From the IMG/VR virus record IMGVR_UViG_3300013212_000097, positions 1,888 through 65,887 of that record: a stretch of DNA of 64,000 bases; one strand, written 5' to 3'. Position 1 is the first letter of the stretch; each line of letters begins with the position of its first letter. The translations under genes and the position numbers were made by a program. Shown in pieces: positions 1-10,601 of the stretch. The notes beneath the pieces were generated by a model that was not told the DNA's origin, searched no databases, and saw only the letters and a program-made list of their open reading frames with translations. The stretch is from a virus (Duplodnaviria > Caudoviricetes).

Positions 1-269
1 AACTGGACACGATAATCATCTCCATAAATAAACTTAACACCCAAAGTTACAATACTTTCAATTGTTTCAATAGCTGAATCGCGAATTTCTGTTGCTTTAG
101 AAATCATCATCACTTCAGCTTTTTGGGTATAAGTCTTATCTGTTTTGAGTTTTTCAATTTGAGTATTTAACAAATCTAACCTAGCAACATCATTCTTTTT
201 CTGTTTTTCAAGATATTCTAAATGTCTGTCGATTTTATCGTACTTTTGCTTAAACTCTTTTAGTGTCAT
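1..269 (-). CDS. Coiled-coil protein running off the window edge; probable C-terminal half of split SbcC/Rad50
   Basis: Manual translation MTLKEFKQKYDKIDRHLEYLEKQKK...ETIESIVTLGVKFIYGDDYRVQ; ATG at 269 overlaps the TGA of the upstream ORF; downstream of sbcD. Confidence 0.6.
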   Translation of the reverse strand, partial: MTLKEFKQKYDKIDRHLEYLEKQKKNDVARLDLLNTQIEKLKTDKTYTQKAEVMMISKATEIRDSAIETIESIVTLGVKFIYGDDYRVQ

Positions 270-523
270 TCTGCGTTCTTTATCTCAGTAAGAATTAGTT
301 CGGCTTCGTTTAATTTTTCAACAAGAGTTTGATCAGTAGAGTCGTATAAACTTTGAAGCTTATTTACTCCAATGCCATATTTTGTTTTAACTTCTGTAGA
401 TGTGTTTTTGAAATCAGTAAGAAGAACTTCAAGTTCTTTTTCCTTAATGTCCTTAACAGTTTCAGCTCGTGTGATTTCATCTCGTAAAGCTTTAATACGT
501 TTGGTATAATCTGTGATATCCAT
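266..523 (-). CDS. Small coiled-coil protein in the Mre11/Rad50 operon
   Basis: 85 aa, heptad-like, abuts both neighbours. Confidence 0.7.
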   Translation of the reverse strand: MDITDYTKRIKALRDEITRAETVKDIKEKELEVLLTDFKNTSTEVKTKYGIGVNKLQSLYDSTDQTLVEKLNEAELILTEIKNAE

Positions 524-1510
524 TTATGCCTCTGTCTTTTTAGTATTGTTGCTAAACTTTATCATAGCATTTACAGCAATTTCAATCACTTCTTCTTCAA
601 CATCTCGTGCCTTTGCAAAATCCTTAATTGATTCGATTTTGTCTTCCAATGTTGTGTAAGACCATGTGCCAGATTGAAATGATGCAGTTTGCTTTACAAA
701 ATCCTTAAGCTCTTGCTTTACAGCTTTTTCTTCTTTGATTTCTTCCAGTCTGAAAACTTGTTCTGCTGGTAAGGCTGTTTTTAAAGGAATATATTCAATT
801 TTGTATGTATTTCCGTCTAAATCATATTCCAACATTACAACATAGATGTCTCTTTCCAAATTATCTTTTTTAGCAGATGTTCTTCCTACAGCTCCTGGAT
901 TAATGAATATCTTGCCATCACTTCTTTCCTGAGACATAGGTGTGTGAATATGACCAGCAAATACAACTTGAGTATTTGGATGAAGAGGTAAATCCTTGAA
1001 CATCGTAACTCGATACATATTATTAGGCTTGTCTGATATAGCAGCATGACATGCCCAAATAACAGCAGGTTGTGTAGTCAAGAAACCCTTTTCTAGATTC
1101 TCTTCAATGTCTGGATTGAAATGAGCAAATGCTACGCTAAATTCAGCACAATAGTCCATTTTTTCAATAACATTTGCTTCAATCAAAGATCCCAAATCAG
1201 ATTCCATAAGTGGATATGAACTTTCGATGTCATGGTTACCCACAACTACAAATTTTCTAAATGACCAAGGTTCTCCATTTAGTTGGCTATGTAAATGTTT
1301 GATCAAGGTGTTTCTTGTTTTTGGTCCTGACAATCTGTGATCAAAAATATCGCCTAAATATATAATATAATCAACTTTATTAGCCTCTGCTATCTCTAAG
1401 GTTTCTAGAAATTTATTTGTTGATGTGAGCCAGTATTCATCAATTCTGTTGGCTGGATTTTTGTCTTTGCAATGGTTGTCACCCACTACCAGTGTTTTGA
1501 TTTTTTTCAA
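524..1510 (-). CDS. sbcD: Mre11/SbcD-like metallophosphoesterase nuclease
   Basis: GDNH, GDIFD, GNHD, H, GHIH, NPG motifs. Confidence 0.92.
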   Translation of the reverse strand: MKKIKTLVVGDNHCKDKNPANRIDEYWLTSTNKFLETLEIAEANKVDYIIYLGDIFDHRLSGPKTRNTLIKHLHSQLNGEPWSFRKFVVVGNHDIESSYPLMESDLGSLIEANVIEKMDYCAEFSVAFAHFNPDIEENLEKGFLTTQPAVIWACHAAISDKPNNMYRVTMFKDLPLHPNTQVVFAGHIHTPMSQERSDGKIFINPGAVGRTSAKKDNLERDIYVVMLEYDLDGNTYKIEYIPLKTALPAEQVFRLEEIKEEKAVKQELKDFVKQTASFQSGTWSYTTLEDKIESIKDFAKARDVEEEVIEIAVNAMIKFSNNTKKTEA

Positions 1511-2670
1511 ATTAATTCACCACCAAATTTATTACAAGTCTCACAGACAATCTTTTCATCAATTAAGATAGTTTTGATTCTCTCATATTCTTGCTTGTCA
1601 GCATCAATCTTCTTAATTAATTTTGTAATTTCATTTTTCTTATCGTCAATCAAAGTTTGTTGATCTAAGAAAAAATTAATAAACTTTTTCAATTCACTCA
1701 ATTTATTTTTCAATGATTCGATATCAGAAATTGATTGCACAAAATTTTCATCGCAAATGGCTTTAGCTTTTGAGATTTCAGCTTCAAGGTTTGCTTTGTT
1801 GTTGTTGTATTTATTAACTATTTTTATGTATGAGGAGAGATTTTTAAACTTGTCTTCTAGAGTTTCTAATTCATCCAAATGATTAGACACTGAGTTTACA
1901 ATTTTCTCACATTCGCTTATTGTGTTTGAAATTTCACGGTTGGAATCTTTTAATCTTTTAAGTTTATTTATATAACCGGAAATTTGATTGCAATCTTCCT
2001 CGATTAGAGTACAGCTTTCTAAAAGTTGTTCAAGGCTTGTTTTGTGAAGTAAATCAGTTTCCAAATCAGCATATTTTTCATCAATCTCAACTTTGAGTTG
2101 ATCGTAATCTTTTGATTTTGATTTAAAAGATTTTTCAATAGAATTCACTTCGGAGCCAAGAATCTTTCCCACCTCTTCAAGATCTCCAATATTGAGAAGT
2201 TGAGATAAAGTTTTGGGCATAGATTGCGATGTCTGATCAATCAAAAATAATTTCTTCGATTGTTTAGCATAATACAAGGCTTTGTTTTCTTCATCTTTTG
2301 GCAAGTTAAGAAGAAAAGTATTTACAGCCTCGGGGTATTTTGTGCTAAAGTTTGAATATACAGTGAAGTTTTCATCTTCAGGATGTTTGAATTCAACTTT
2401 ATTAACACTGTCGCCTTTGGAGCGTGATATTACTCTGCCATCTGTAAACTCAACTGTTACTTTGGCAAACTTAGCCTTTGTTAGTTTATTAACATAGGAT
2501 GTGCCTGAAGACATATTGTCAAGAACAAACATCAACGCTCTGACAAAAGCTGTTTTTCCACTGTCCGAAGTGCCAGTGATAATATTCGTACCAGGTTCAA
2601 GAGTAACAAATGTATCTTTGTGATTAGCAAAGTTTTCTATCTTTACGCTTTTTATGTGATTTCCATTCAT
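1507..2670 (-). CDS. sbcC: SbcC/Rad50-like ATPase, N-terminal half ending at a zinc hook
   Basis: IENFANH start, Walker A GTSDSGKT, coiled coil, terminal CETC; no Walker B. Confidence 0.85.
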   Translation of the reverse strand: MNGNHIKSVKIENFANHKDTFVTLEPGTNIITGTSDSGKTAFVRALMFVLDNMSSGTSYVNKLTKAKFAKVTVEFTDGRVISRSKGDSVNKVEFKHPEDENFTVYSNFSTKYPEAVNTFLLNLPKDEENKALYYAKQSKKLFLIDQTSQSMPKTLSQLLNIGDLEEVGKILGSEVNSIEKSFKSKSKDYDQLKVEIDEKYADLETDLLHKTSLEQLLESCTLIEEDCNQISGYINKLKRLKDSNREISNTISECEKIVNSVSNHLDELETLEDKFKNLSSYIKIVNKYNNNKANLEAEISKAKAICDENFVQSISDIESLKNKLSELKKFINFFLDQQTLIDDKKNEITKLIKKIDADKQEYERIKTILIDEKIVCETCNKFGGELI

Positions 2671-3155
2671 TTCATCATGATATTATCCAATAAATCAGGA
2701 AAATGCAATTCTATAAATTCGTCCTTGACTGAAGAAAGCATTTCATTTATTTCGCTGAGTTTTGGAATATAAATTTTATTTATTTGAGCTTCTTGGATAA
2801 TAATTAACCCTCGCATTGAGCAACATTTTGATTGTTTTTGATCAATAAAAATTCTATTACACGATGCGCATGTAAATTTGCATTTTGAATACAAGGGTAT
2901 TACTATTTGTGACTCTGTATTTATATCATAAGATGAAAATGATAAATATGTTGAAGAATGATAATCTTTATTGTAATGGCATGTTTTCTTGATAATCTTA
3001 CCTTCAGTTTCAATTTCAATAATCTTTTTTTGTTTTATTTTATAATTATCACTGAAGGCAAATTTGTTGTCTGAAATTTTATATGGTTCTGCCACTTTTA
3101 CCATAATTTCATTTTTGAATTTGGTGAATCTATATAAATGAGAAGGGGTGTTCAT
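2667..3155 (-). CDS. Hypothetical protein with Cys cluster
   Basis: 162 aa, CASC...CC; ATGA overlap with sbcC. Confidence 0.6.
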   Translation of the reverse strand: MNTPSHLYRFTKFKNEIMVKVAEPYKISDNKFAFSDNYKIKQKKIIEIETEGKIIKKTCHYNKDYHSSTYLSFSSYDINTESQIVIPLYSKCKFTCASCNRIFIDQKQSKCCSMRGLIIIQEAQINKIYIPKLSEINEMLSSVKDEFIELHFPDLLDNIMMK

Positions 3156-3351
3156 AATGAAAATACTTATTGATAAAGATATGTTATTGATGGATTTATA
3201 CGAGTTAAGAAAACATGTTATGGAGGTAGCATTAATTTCCGATGATGCAAAAGAAGCAAAAGATAAGCTTGATAAAGTTGTTCAAATGATACAAACTTAT
3301 CCTGATGCAGAAGTTACTTCATCATTCCCAAAAACGAGGCTAAAAAGATGA
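3148..3351 (+). CDS. Hypothetical protein
   Basis: ORF with ATGA overlap to next gene. Confidence 0.6.
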   Translation: MFIMKILIDKDMLLMDLYELRKHVMEVALISDDAKEAKDKLDKVVQMIQTYPDAEVTSSFPKTRLKR

Positions 3352-3590
3352 CACAAGTTCAATTAGATAAAATAATGAAGTTAGCAGAAAATGGCGAAAT
3401 CTCTATAGCAGAAGTTGGAAAAATTTGCGGGGCTCTTTTAGAATCCAATAGCAGACATTTTAAAGAGATAAAATCTAAAATGAAATCTTTGGAAGAACAA
3501 TTATCCAGTGTAGAAGAAAAGCTGGAAATGATTATTGAAAATCAAAGTCCAGCTTTTGGAATTATTGTTGAGGATGACGAGGAAGACTAA
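3348..3590 (+). CDS. Hypothetical coiled-coil protein with acidic tail
   Basis: 80 aa ORF. Confidence 0.65.
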   Translation: MTQVQLDKIMKLAENGEISIAEVGKICGALLESNSRHFKEIKSKMKSLEEQLSSVEEKLEMIIENQSPAFGIIVEDDEED

Positions 3591-4063
3591 TCTTCCTCGT
3601 TTGCCTTTGTGTCTGCTAAATTTACTTCAATTCTGAATCGTTGATCAGTTTCGTAGCTTGCAAAAATACCAGTGCTTACTTGATAAACTTGGGTGCTACC
3701 AGTGTATGGACATGTGATTGTGTAGTTTCCTTCATCATCAATTGCCATTTCACCAAGTTTGAGCTTATTTCTACTTTTTAGATTTTTGTCAGCATCAGAA
3801 GTAGTGTCGTAATCAATATCAATTACTCCCAATGCTCGCTCACCCTCACTTGTAAGATCATCATCATCAAAATCATCTAATAAATCAATATCATCAATTG
3901 GAACTTCAATTTCAACTAGTTGTCCATCTTTTTCAACTGTTACTGTATGAAATTGAAAATTGTGCAAACTGCCACTAATCTCATTGATTTCACTAAATGC
4001 AGATTCTGTTTGCGCTAATGCAGTGGCAGCATCAGCAATTGTTCCACTTACTTTTCTTTCCAT
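3587..4063 (-). CDS. Acidic hypothetical protein
   Basis: 158 aa, D/E-rich, AAAGGA RBS upstream. Confidence 0.7.
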   Translation of the reverse strand: MERKVSGTIADAATALAQTESAFSEINEISGSLHNFQFHTVTVEKDGQLVEIEVPIDDIDLLDDFDDDDLTSEGERALGVIDIDYDTTSDADKNLKSRNKLKLGEMAIDDEGNYTITCPYTGSTQVYQVSTGIFASYETDQRFRIEVNLADTKANEED

Positions 4064-4076
4064 TGGTTTATCCTTT

Positions 4077-4931
4077 TTACTGAGATAATAAATTTGTTTC
4101 TGAAGTGATCAATGAATGTAAAGAAAATTGCAATTCAATTGGATAGTTTAAGCCACCAATAGGAATAAATTTAAAACTTTCTTTTTTGTCTTTTTCAACA
4201 TACATGACAACTGAATCAAATTTCTTACCAGCAGGCTTCATATCTGTTATGAATATTTTACCTTTGTTTTCAAAAATAATCAAACCTGATCCCCCTCTCG
4301 GAGAAAAAGAAACTTTCAATATACCAGATTTTTTAGGGTTTATAACCACAACAATATCATTTCCATACTGACCCTTAATCGCTAATGGTATTGGATCTCC
4401 AAGACGAAAACTTGCCAGAATATCATAATCTACTTCTTTATTGATTTCAAAATAATATTTATTTTGATAAAAGGGCAAAGAAGACATTGTTTCATTTGAT
4501 GATCCAAATTTGTAAATTATAGAATCATTTTTTTGAAAATCCCCTTCGATGATTCCTGATATTGTTTCTGATGGATTGAGCACACTCAAACAGTTTAAAA
4601 TTGCATCAAGCGGCTTTGCATACATGAAATTTTTAGTTGCTACAGTTCCAGCTTTTTCAGGTGATTGATCTGAGTAAGATCCTTTCTTGAGATTCTTTAC
4701 TGTTTTTAAAGTATTGATAGTAAAACTTTGTTTTTTATCAGTTCCATTTTTGTAATGATAAAAATACCTTACTCTTGTATTTTGTTTATAATGATTCTTG
4801 TAGATAATTCCAGGTTTTTTTATTGTTTCTGGAGTATTCAAATAAACAAAATGAGTTGATGATGCGTGAAATAGATATAAAGCAGTCAAAAGAGCTTTAA
4901 TTGATAAAAGAAATTTAGTAAACAACGCCAT
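4077..4931 (-). CDS. Putative exported hypothetical protein
   Basis: Hydrophobic N-terminus; GGGGGAG RBS. Confidence 0.65.
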   Translation of the reverse strand: MALFTKFLLSIKALLTALYLFHASSTHFVYLNTPETIKKPGIIYKNHYKQNTRVRYFYHYKNGTDKKQSFTINTLKTVKNLKKGSYSDQSPEKAGTVATKNFMYAKPLDAILNCLSVLNPSETISGIIEGDFQKNDSIIYKFGSSNETMSSLPFYQNKYYFEINKEVDYDILASFRLGDPIPLAIKGQYGNDIVVVINPKKSGILKVSFSPRGGSGLIIFENKGKIFITDMKPAGKKFDSVVMYVEKDKKESFKFIPIGGLNYPIELQFSLHSLITSETNLLSQ

Positions 4932-4982
4932 TGTTATCTCCCCCTAAAATAACCTTAACATTAAAATATTATTCGAGTTTGT

Positions 4983-5007
4983 AGGGCTAGAACACTGTAT
5001 TTGAGAA
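4983..5007 (+). promoter_or_regulatory. Putative phage late promoter AGG-N18-AGAA
   Basis: Identical spacing at 4983, 11740, 50770, 52935; GGG variants at 35302 and 36019. Confidence 0.55.
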
Positions 5008-5043
5008 AAAAACAGATAGTGTATATTATTTACAGGGATAAAA

Positions 5044-7644
5044 ATGTTCAATTTCAAAAAATTCGCTAACGATTTAAACTTTGCAGAAAAAGTAGATATC
5101 AAATCTATTCCCGGTACTTTAGAGCAAAAAGTAGAATGGGTTAAAAATTGGTTTTTAAGAAATGGTGTTGAACTTAGTGTTCAAGATGCATATGCAATGC
5201 TTGGACATGTGCCACTTGGACCAGAAGCTCAACATTTAGAGAAATATAGAGCGAATATTAATCAACTTCGTGATTTGGCTGGAGATGCGCTGAAGCAAAT
5301 TGTTTTATCTCAAAGACCTGACCTACAACAAAGAGTTATGAACGGTGATAAAGATGCCAAAAAGGAACTTGATAGATTAATCTATGTCACAGTGTCCAGT
5401 AAACTTGGCTCAATTGTCGAGCACACCATACAACTTGCAAATCAAAAATTTATACCAGAATTGGTCAAACTTCATTCTTCTTCAACAAGAACACTTCAAG
5501 ATGTCGATGAATTGAGAAAATATGATTCTCCAGAAGAAATCGCAACTATACAAAACTTTATCAGTGAAGAGATCATGAGACTGAAAAATGAAACTAACAC
5601 TAAATTCTTAAGGATTTGGGAATATTTCAATAAGTCAAATCCTGATTTAACTCTTGATCATATGTTTTTTATTCTTCAAAATACAACAAATCAAATTCTC
5701 AAGAATGAAGATATTTCATTATCTCCCGAAGACAAAGAAAACATCAAAGCTCAAGTGGTAGATTTATCCAAATCAGTTCAAAATATGAATAACTCAGGAG
5801 CAGTATGGGCAAGAATATTGTCATTGCATCCTGATGCTCCAAATGTTGAAGAATGGAAACAGTTTATTCCAGATGAATTAAAGGCAACTTGGAATATTAT
5901 TGCAGTCTTACAAACATTCCATAGACAACTTGAATACGAAGCTGTGCCTGTTAGAGTTGTTAGCAATGAAACTGGCAAAACAGAATTGCTAGATACAAGT
6001 TATTTATATTTTTATCCTGGACTAAAACCTGATGGTACTAAGTTTGAATCAGATGCAGAAAAGAAGCAATTTGCATTAGATAGGCTTAGGGATTGTGTTG
6101 AAAATGGTTATGAAAATGAAAGAATATTTTCTGCACTAAGTATCACAATCAAAAAAGCTCCTAAAATTGATCAAACTGTTGTAGAAAATGCACCAGAAGA
6201 TGAAGAACCATCCGAAGATTTGGAAATTTCTGAAGATACCAAGTCAGCTGAGCCAAAAGATAAAGATTCATCACTAATCAGATATTACTACAGATTTATT
6301 TGTACTAAATCTACTAATACTGCAAGCTTAATGCAAGCAAATTCACAACTTGGTAGTTTCAGAAATGATTTAAGAGCTGCCGGATTAGGTCATGTGGCTG
6401 ATTTATTATCAAAGGCATATGAAAAACAACCAGATCTTAGATACAGTGATTTGGATCTCATGTTCTTATCAGGAGAAGAAGGGAATATGATTAACGAACT
6501 TAGAGAAAATTATAATCTAGATGCTATTCCTTTCCCTGTAAAGATTCCTTGCCCAGTTGACAATCCTACATCTGTAAGTAGATTTGAAATTGACTTTTTA
6601 TTACCATGCGATATTTTAGTTAGATTTAGAAAAAGATATCAAGAATTTATGGATGAAAATACTGGAGAAAAAACTAAAATTTTTCAAACTTTCCCAGTTG
6701 TTGAATCGCAAGTAATGTTTGTAGGTGAGTATTTTGGATACAGAAGAACCAAACCTTACTTTCCAAAATATACAGGAAGACCATGGGTAAAACCAAATGG
6801 AGATTTACCAGTCTATTCTTACAAAAAATCTGGAAAAACATACGATGTAAGACCTGGTGGATTTTGTAGATATTTGGAGTTTTACAAATTAAAAAGAGAA
6901 TGGAAAGTTTTTACCACTGAAATAATTGCAGACATTATGGGTACAAGGACTTTATCTTTAGATGACAGACATTTAGAGAAACCTACCCTATTAATGAGCG
7001 CATTGGATGAACAAGGTATAGTTTATCAATCTCCAAGATGTACTCCAGAAGTTGGATGTAAAGCTACAAAATTAATTGAAGAAACCCTGGGCAGAACTCC
7101 AGAAGTTGAAAAAATCATTGATGAGAGATATTTGAGAGAAAATTTTGATTCTCCTAAAAATAGATGTTTAAGACTAGTTGATTGTTGTATTGCAAACTTA
7201 AAATTGACAACTGCCTTAGCAAGAACTAGAGATGAGTTTATTCCTGTTGATGATCCAAATAATTTCTTAGGAAAAGGCTTTAACAGGCAAACAATGTATG
7301 ACCATCTTCAAGAAAAAAGACGCATTTTAGAAGAAATTAAAATGTTGGAAAAGATGCACCTTGATGATTTGGAAGATAGCGAAATATTACAAGATTTGCA
7401 ATCAGCTAGAGCTAATTTAAAAGGATTTTATTCTTCTCCTATTTATGATTTCAAAATGAAGTTTGAAGAGATATGTGAAAATCCTAATGGTGAAATATAC
7501 AAGAAATTGCAAAAATTTCAATCATTAAGAAATGAGATAGAATCTGAAACTCAAAAATATACTTTGTATGAATTAAGAGTAAAAATAGCTGAAATTGACA
7601 ACACATTCCTTGCTGAAAGAATAAAAGACGATGAGGTCATATAA
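5044..7644 (+). CDS. Large protein with FNFKKFA N-terminal tag and possible PD-(D/E)xK-like domain
   Basis: 866 aa; SGEE..MINEL, FEIDFLLP, GEYFG pattern. Confidence 0.55.
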   Translation: MFNFKKFANDLNFAEKVDIKSIPGTLEQKVEWVKNWFLRNGVELSVQDAYAMLGHVPLGPEAQHLEKYRANINQLRDLAGDALKQIVLSQRPDLQQRVMNGDKDAKKELDRLIYVTVSSKLGSIVEHTIQLANQKFIPELVKLHSSSTRTLQDVDELRKYDSPEEIATIQNFISEEIMRLKNETNTKFLRIWEYFNKSNPDLTLDHMFFILQNTTNQILKNEDISLSPEDKENIKAQVVDLSKSVQNMNNSGAVWARILSLHPDAPNVEEWKQFIPDELKATWNIIAVLQTFHRQLEYEAVPVRVVSNETGKTELLDTSYLYFYPGLKPDGTKFESDAEKKQFALDRLRDCVENGYENERIFSALSITIKKAPKIDQTVVENAPEDEEPSEDLEISEDTKSAEPKDKDSSLIRYYYRFICTKSTNTASLMQANSQLGSFRNDLRAAGLGHVADLLSKAYEKQPDLRYSDLDLMFLSGEEGNMINELRENYNLDAIPFPVKIPCPVDNPTSVSRFEIDFLLPCDILVRFRKRYQEFMDENTGEKTKIFQTFPVVESQVMFVGEYFGYRRTKPYFPKYTGRPWVKPNGDLPVYSYKKSGKTYDVRPGGFCRYLEFYKLKREWKVFTTEIIADIMGTRTLSLDDRHLEKPTLLMSALDEQGIVYQSPRCTPEVGCKATKLIEETLGRTPEVEKIIDERYLRENFDSPKNRCLRLVDCCIANLKLTTALARTRDEFIPVDDPNNFLGKGFNRQTMYDHLQEKRRILEEIKMLEKMHLDDLEDSEILQDLQSARANLKGFYSSPIYDFKMKFEEICENPNGEIYKKLQKFQSLRNEIESETQKYTLYELRVKIAEIDNTFLAERIKDDEVI

Positions 7645-8636
7645 TGTCTTTATTAACTTCAGATTACATAGCTAGTTGGTTTTTTCTGCAAAAAAAAGAC
7701 TTTAGTGGTTTAGCACAAATATTACAACCTTATTATGTTCTTGAAAGCTTGGATTATAGCAAAAATGTTAGTACAGAAGCAGTTGATTTAATTCAAGGTG
7801 ATGCTGGTGTTCATGTAATCAATACTTCTGGAACAACATTTAAAACAACTATCAGTTCTGAAGCGTTGATTATAAAAGACGTTGATACCACCACTGTTCA
7901 GTACAGAGATATTTTTGATATCTTGCTAGAAGATTATTATGCTCTTCTGAACTATTTTTTTATTCCATCTACAGATTTGAATAATAATGGTGGAAATTCT
8001 AATGATTTATTCAGTGGAAACAAAGTTAGAATAGAAAATCTCTTCAATAATGCAACTATCACTATTGGACAAAAGATTTCATGCAATATTGATTACAATT
8101 GTGTGTATTCTAATAAGTTTAATATTGCATATAATAATTATTCCGAAGGTTTACAGGGAGATTTTGATTTTATTGCTAGAACAGCAAGAAATTATGATTG
8201 TAGATTTTTCATAGACAATACTAATGATTATTATATAAAATCTGGCACTTTGACTATTAGCATGAGCCATAAACAAGTTTATATTGCAAATACTAAAAAT
8301 TCTGTTCCATTTTATTCTCCACAAGGATACAAAGTCACAGGCAGTATTACAGTATTGGTAAAAAACTTTGATTTTGAAAATATACCTACATATGGAAATA
8401 TTTCTTTATTAGTAGGAGATAGATATTTAGAATTAGGTCAAGCTAGTATAAAATCAGAGTACAGCAGAAAACTCAATGCATCTGAAAGTGCATCAACCAT
8501 GACAATTCAATTCACTGGATATGCAAGATTGGGTGCTGGAATCAACAATTCTACATGGCTTACTTATTTCCAAAGCAAATTGGATCAAGAAAAGTTTACC
8601 AAAGTATTGCAAAAAATTAATGGATATCTATCATAA
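7644..8636 (+). CDS. Putative tail tube/baseplate-like protein, paralog 1
   Basis: Beta-rich; shares LL..(D/E)Y...W, GD.G.H, R.A..YD, P.YS..GY...G.IT.L blocks with the next gene. Confidence 0.45.
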   Translation: MSLLTSDYIASWFFLQKKDFSGLAQILQPYYVLESLDYSKNVSTEAVDLIQGDAGVHVINTSGTTFKTTISSEALIIKDVDTTTVQYRDIFDILLEDYYALLNYFFIPSTDLNNNGGNSNDLFSGNKVRIENLFNNATITIGQKISCNIDYNCVYSNKFNIAYNNYSEGLQGDFDFIARTARNYDCRFFIDNTNDYYIKSGTLTISMSHKQVYIANTKNSVPFYSPQGYKVTGSITVLVKNFDFENIPTYGNISLLVGDRYLELGQASIKSEYSRKLNASESASTMTIQFTGYARLGAGINNSTWLTYFQSKLDQEKFTKVLQKINGYLS

Positions 8637-9511
8637 TGCCACTCTTATCTCCTGAATATTTCGGCACATGGTATGTTATTACTTTGGATGGCAAAAGAAG
8701 AATTTTGCAATCTTATAGTGAAACATTAAATCTTGAATCTAGCAATGAAAAATCTGCTCTTGTAGGAGATATTGGAAAGCATATTGCTGACATTGGTCCA
8801 TATCACTATGCATTGACTTTGACCTCACCAATATTAATTTTAGAGCCCTATGGTGTTTTTTACGATGCTTTTGATATTGTCTTAGAAAATCTTGACAAGA
8901 TACAGCAGCCTATTACAGCTTCAAATATTTCAACTTATGAATATGTAATGCAAAGTGCATCAATTAATATTGCAACAGATGGTTCCAATGTATCTACACA
9001 GCTTGAATCATGGCAAGATTTTGCTGATACGAAAGAATATCGTCCAGCAGATGATTTCTTTTACGGTAGATTGGCAAAATTTTATGATATTTATTTTTCA
9101 ATGTTTGGAAATGAATATTTAGTGCAAAGTGCCAATTTAAATGTAAGAGTAAATAATGATAAGCATTTTTACATTGCTGGAACGAATGATTTTCTTGGTA
9201 ATCAAGTTCCCAAGTATTCTATAAATGGGTATTCAATTTCTGGTGATATTACATTATTAATAAAGCCTGATCAATATGAAACTTTGAAACTTTATAATGC
9301 TCAAAGTCCAGGCATATTTAATGCATTAAAAGAATCTGTCAAACTAAAAGTTTTTTACAGACCCACTGGTGTAAACAGAGATAAAACAATTGATTTTGGA
9401 GACTTTGCTTTTATGCCGAGCATTGAGTTATCTATCAGTCCAAATCAAATTATCACTGCCAAGATTAATTTCTACACCTTGTTTAGAAGAACCAGTGTTA
9501 TCAATTACTAG
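8636..9511 (+). CDS. Putative tail tube/baseplate-like protein, paralog 2
   Basis: Paralog of 7644..8636, translationally coupled. Confidence 0.45.
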   Translation: MPLLSPEYFGTWYVITLDGKRRILQSYSETLNLESSNEKSALVGDIGKHIADIGPYHYALTLTSPILILEPYGVFYDAFDIVLENLDKIQQPITASNISTYEYVMQSASINIATDGSNVSTQLESWQDFADTKEYRPADDFFYGRLAKFYDIYFSMFGNEYLVQSANLNVRVNNDKHFYIAGTNDFLGNQVPKYSINGYSISGDITLLIKPDQYETLKLYNAQSPGIFNALKESVKLKVFYRPTGVNRDKTIDFGDFAFMPSIELSISPNQIITAKINFYTLFRRTSVINY

Positions 9512-9526
9512 TTGTATAACCCATAT

Positions 9527-10060
9527 ATGGAAGATATTCACCGTATTGATTTATCTGAACACGAAGATAAACTAAAAGCATTAGAAAATTTACAAGACGG
9601 TGAGTTGATACTCAAGTTTGCAATTCCTGGCAGACCTTCAACCAAAAAAACTTCACAAAGAGTAGTAAGACGAGGTGGTTTTACTAAAATTTTACCTTCT
9701 CTTTTGTATGAAAAATATGAAAAGCATTGTAAAACATTTTGTGAAGATGCATGGAAACATCATAATCTTCCACCTATTGATTGCGGTATCGGAATCAAAA
9801 TCAAAGTTTATTTAGATTCTTGGATTGTTGGTGATGAATGCGGTTATCAACAAGCGCATGGAGACATAATTCAGGCTCATGGAATCATAGAAAACGATAT
9901 GTGGATTCATTGGATTGATAAAAATGAAAACATGATTTTTTATGATAAAGAAAATCCAAGAATTGAAATTGAAATATGTAGACACAGACATGCCAAGGAA
10001 ACTTTTAGGGAAGATCAAAGAATAAAGGAAGCAAAGAAGCTTGCAAAAATAAAGAAATGA
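9527..10060 (+). CDS. RusA-like Holliday junction resolvase
   Basis: IPGRPSTKK N-motif, D.IQ..GIIEND, DKENPRIEIEI; ATG at 9527 preferred over TTG at 9512. Confidence 0.7.
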   Translation: MEDIHRIDLSEHEDKLKALENLQDGELILKFAIPGRPSTKKTSQRVVRRGGFTKILPSLLYEKYEKHCKTFCEDAWKHHNLPPIDCGIGIKIKVYLDSWIVGDECGYQQAHGDIIQAHGIIENDMWIHWIDKNENMIFYDKENPRIEIEICRHRHAKETFREDQRIKEAKKLAKIKK

Positions 10061-10557
10061 AATGGTATGTTTATATTGCTAGAGATGATGAAAATATTGT
10101 CGAAGGCATTTGCAATGATTTGATAGCTGAAGACAATTTGCTAAACTATGAAAATGATTGGGCTACAAATTATAAGATTGTATGGTTTCTAGAAACAAAA
10201 AATAAAATAGATGCACTTTCAAAGCTGAAGTCTATATCTATCCTGTCTCTAGAAGAAAAATTAGATTTAATATCTGAATCTAAGAAAATTATTATCATGT
10301 CTGAAAATCATGACATTGATAAAGAAAAATATCCCTTAGTGGTAAATTTAAAATGTACATTGGAAATTATTAATTTCTTCAATGAACTTCCAGAGCTTTG
10401 GAAACTTAATGATTTATATCTTGAAAATGTAGCCGAATATCTAGCTATAAGAAGAAGTCAAGTCATGAATGTAAAACTTTGGGACATCTCAATTGATTCA
10501 TCCAAATATGTTGGAATTATCACTAGAGAAAAATTTTACCCTATTATTAAATACTAA
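10057..10557 (+). CDS. Degenerate GIY-YIG-like protein
   Basis: WYVYI...GICNDL pattern; catalytic Arg not evident. Confidence 0.4.
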   Translation: MKWYVYIARDDENIVEGICNDLIAEDNLLNYENDWATNYKIVWFLETKNKIDALSKLKSISILSLEEKLDLISESKKIIIMSENHDIDKEKYPLVVNLKCTLEIINFFNELPELWKLNDLYLENVAEYLAIRRSQVMNVKLWDISIDSSKYVGIITREKFYPIIKY

Positions 10558-10577
10558 AAGCGGACCGAAGTCCGCTT
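10558..10577. terminator. Hairpin terminator between convergent genes
   Basis: AAGCGGAC-CGAA-GTCCGCTT. Confidence 0.75.
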
Positions 10578-10601
10578 CTAATATTTTGAGTTTTATGACA
10601 A

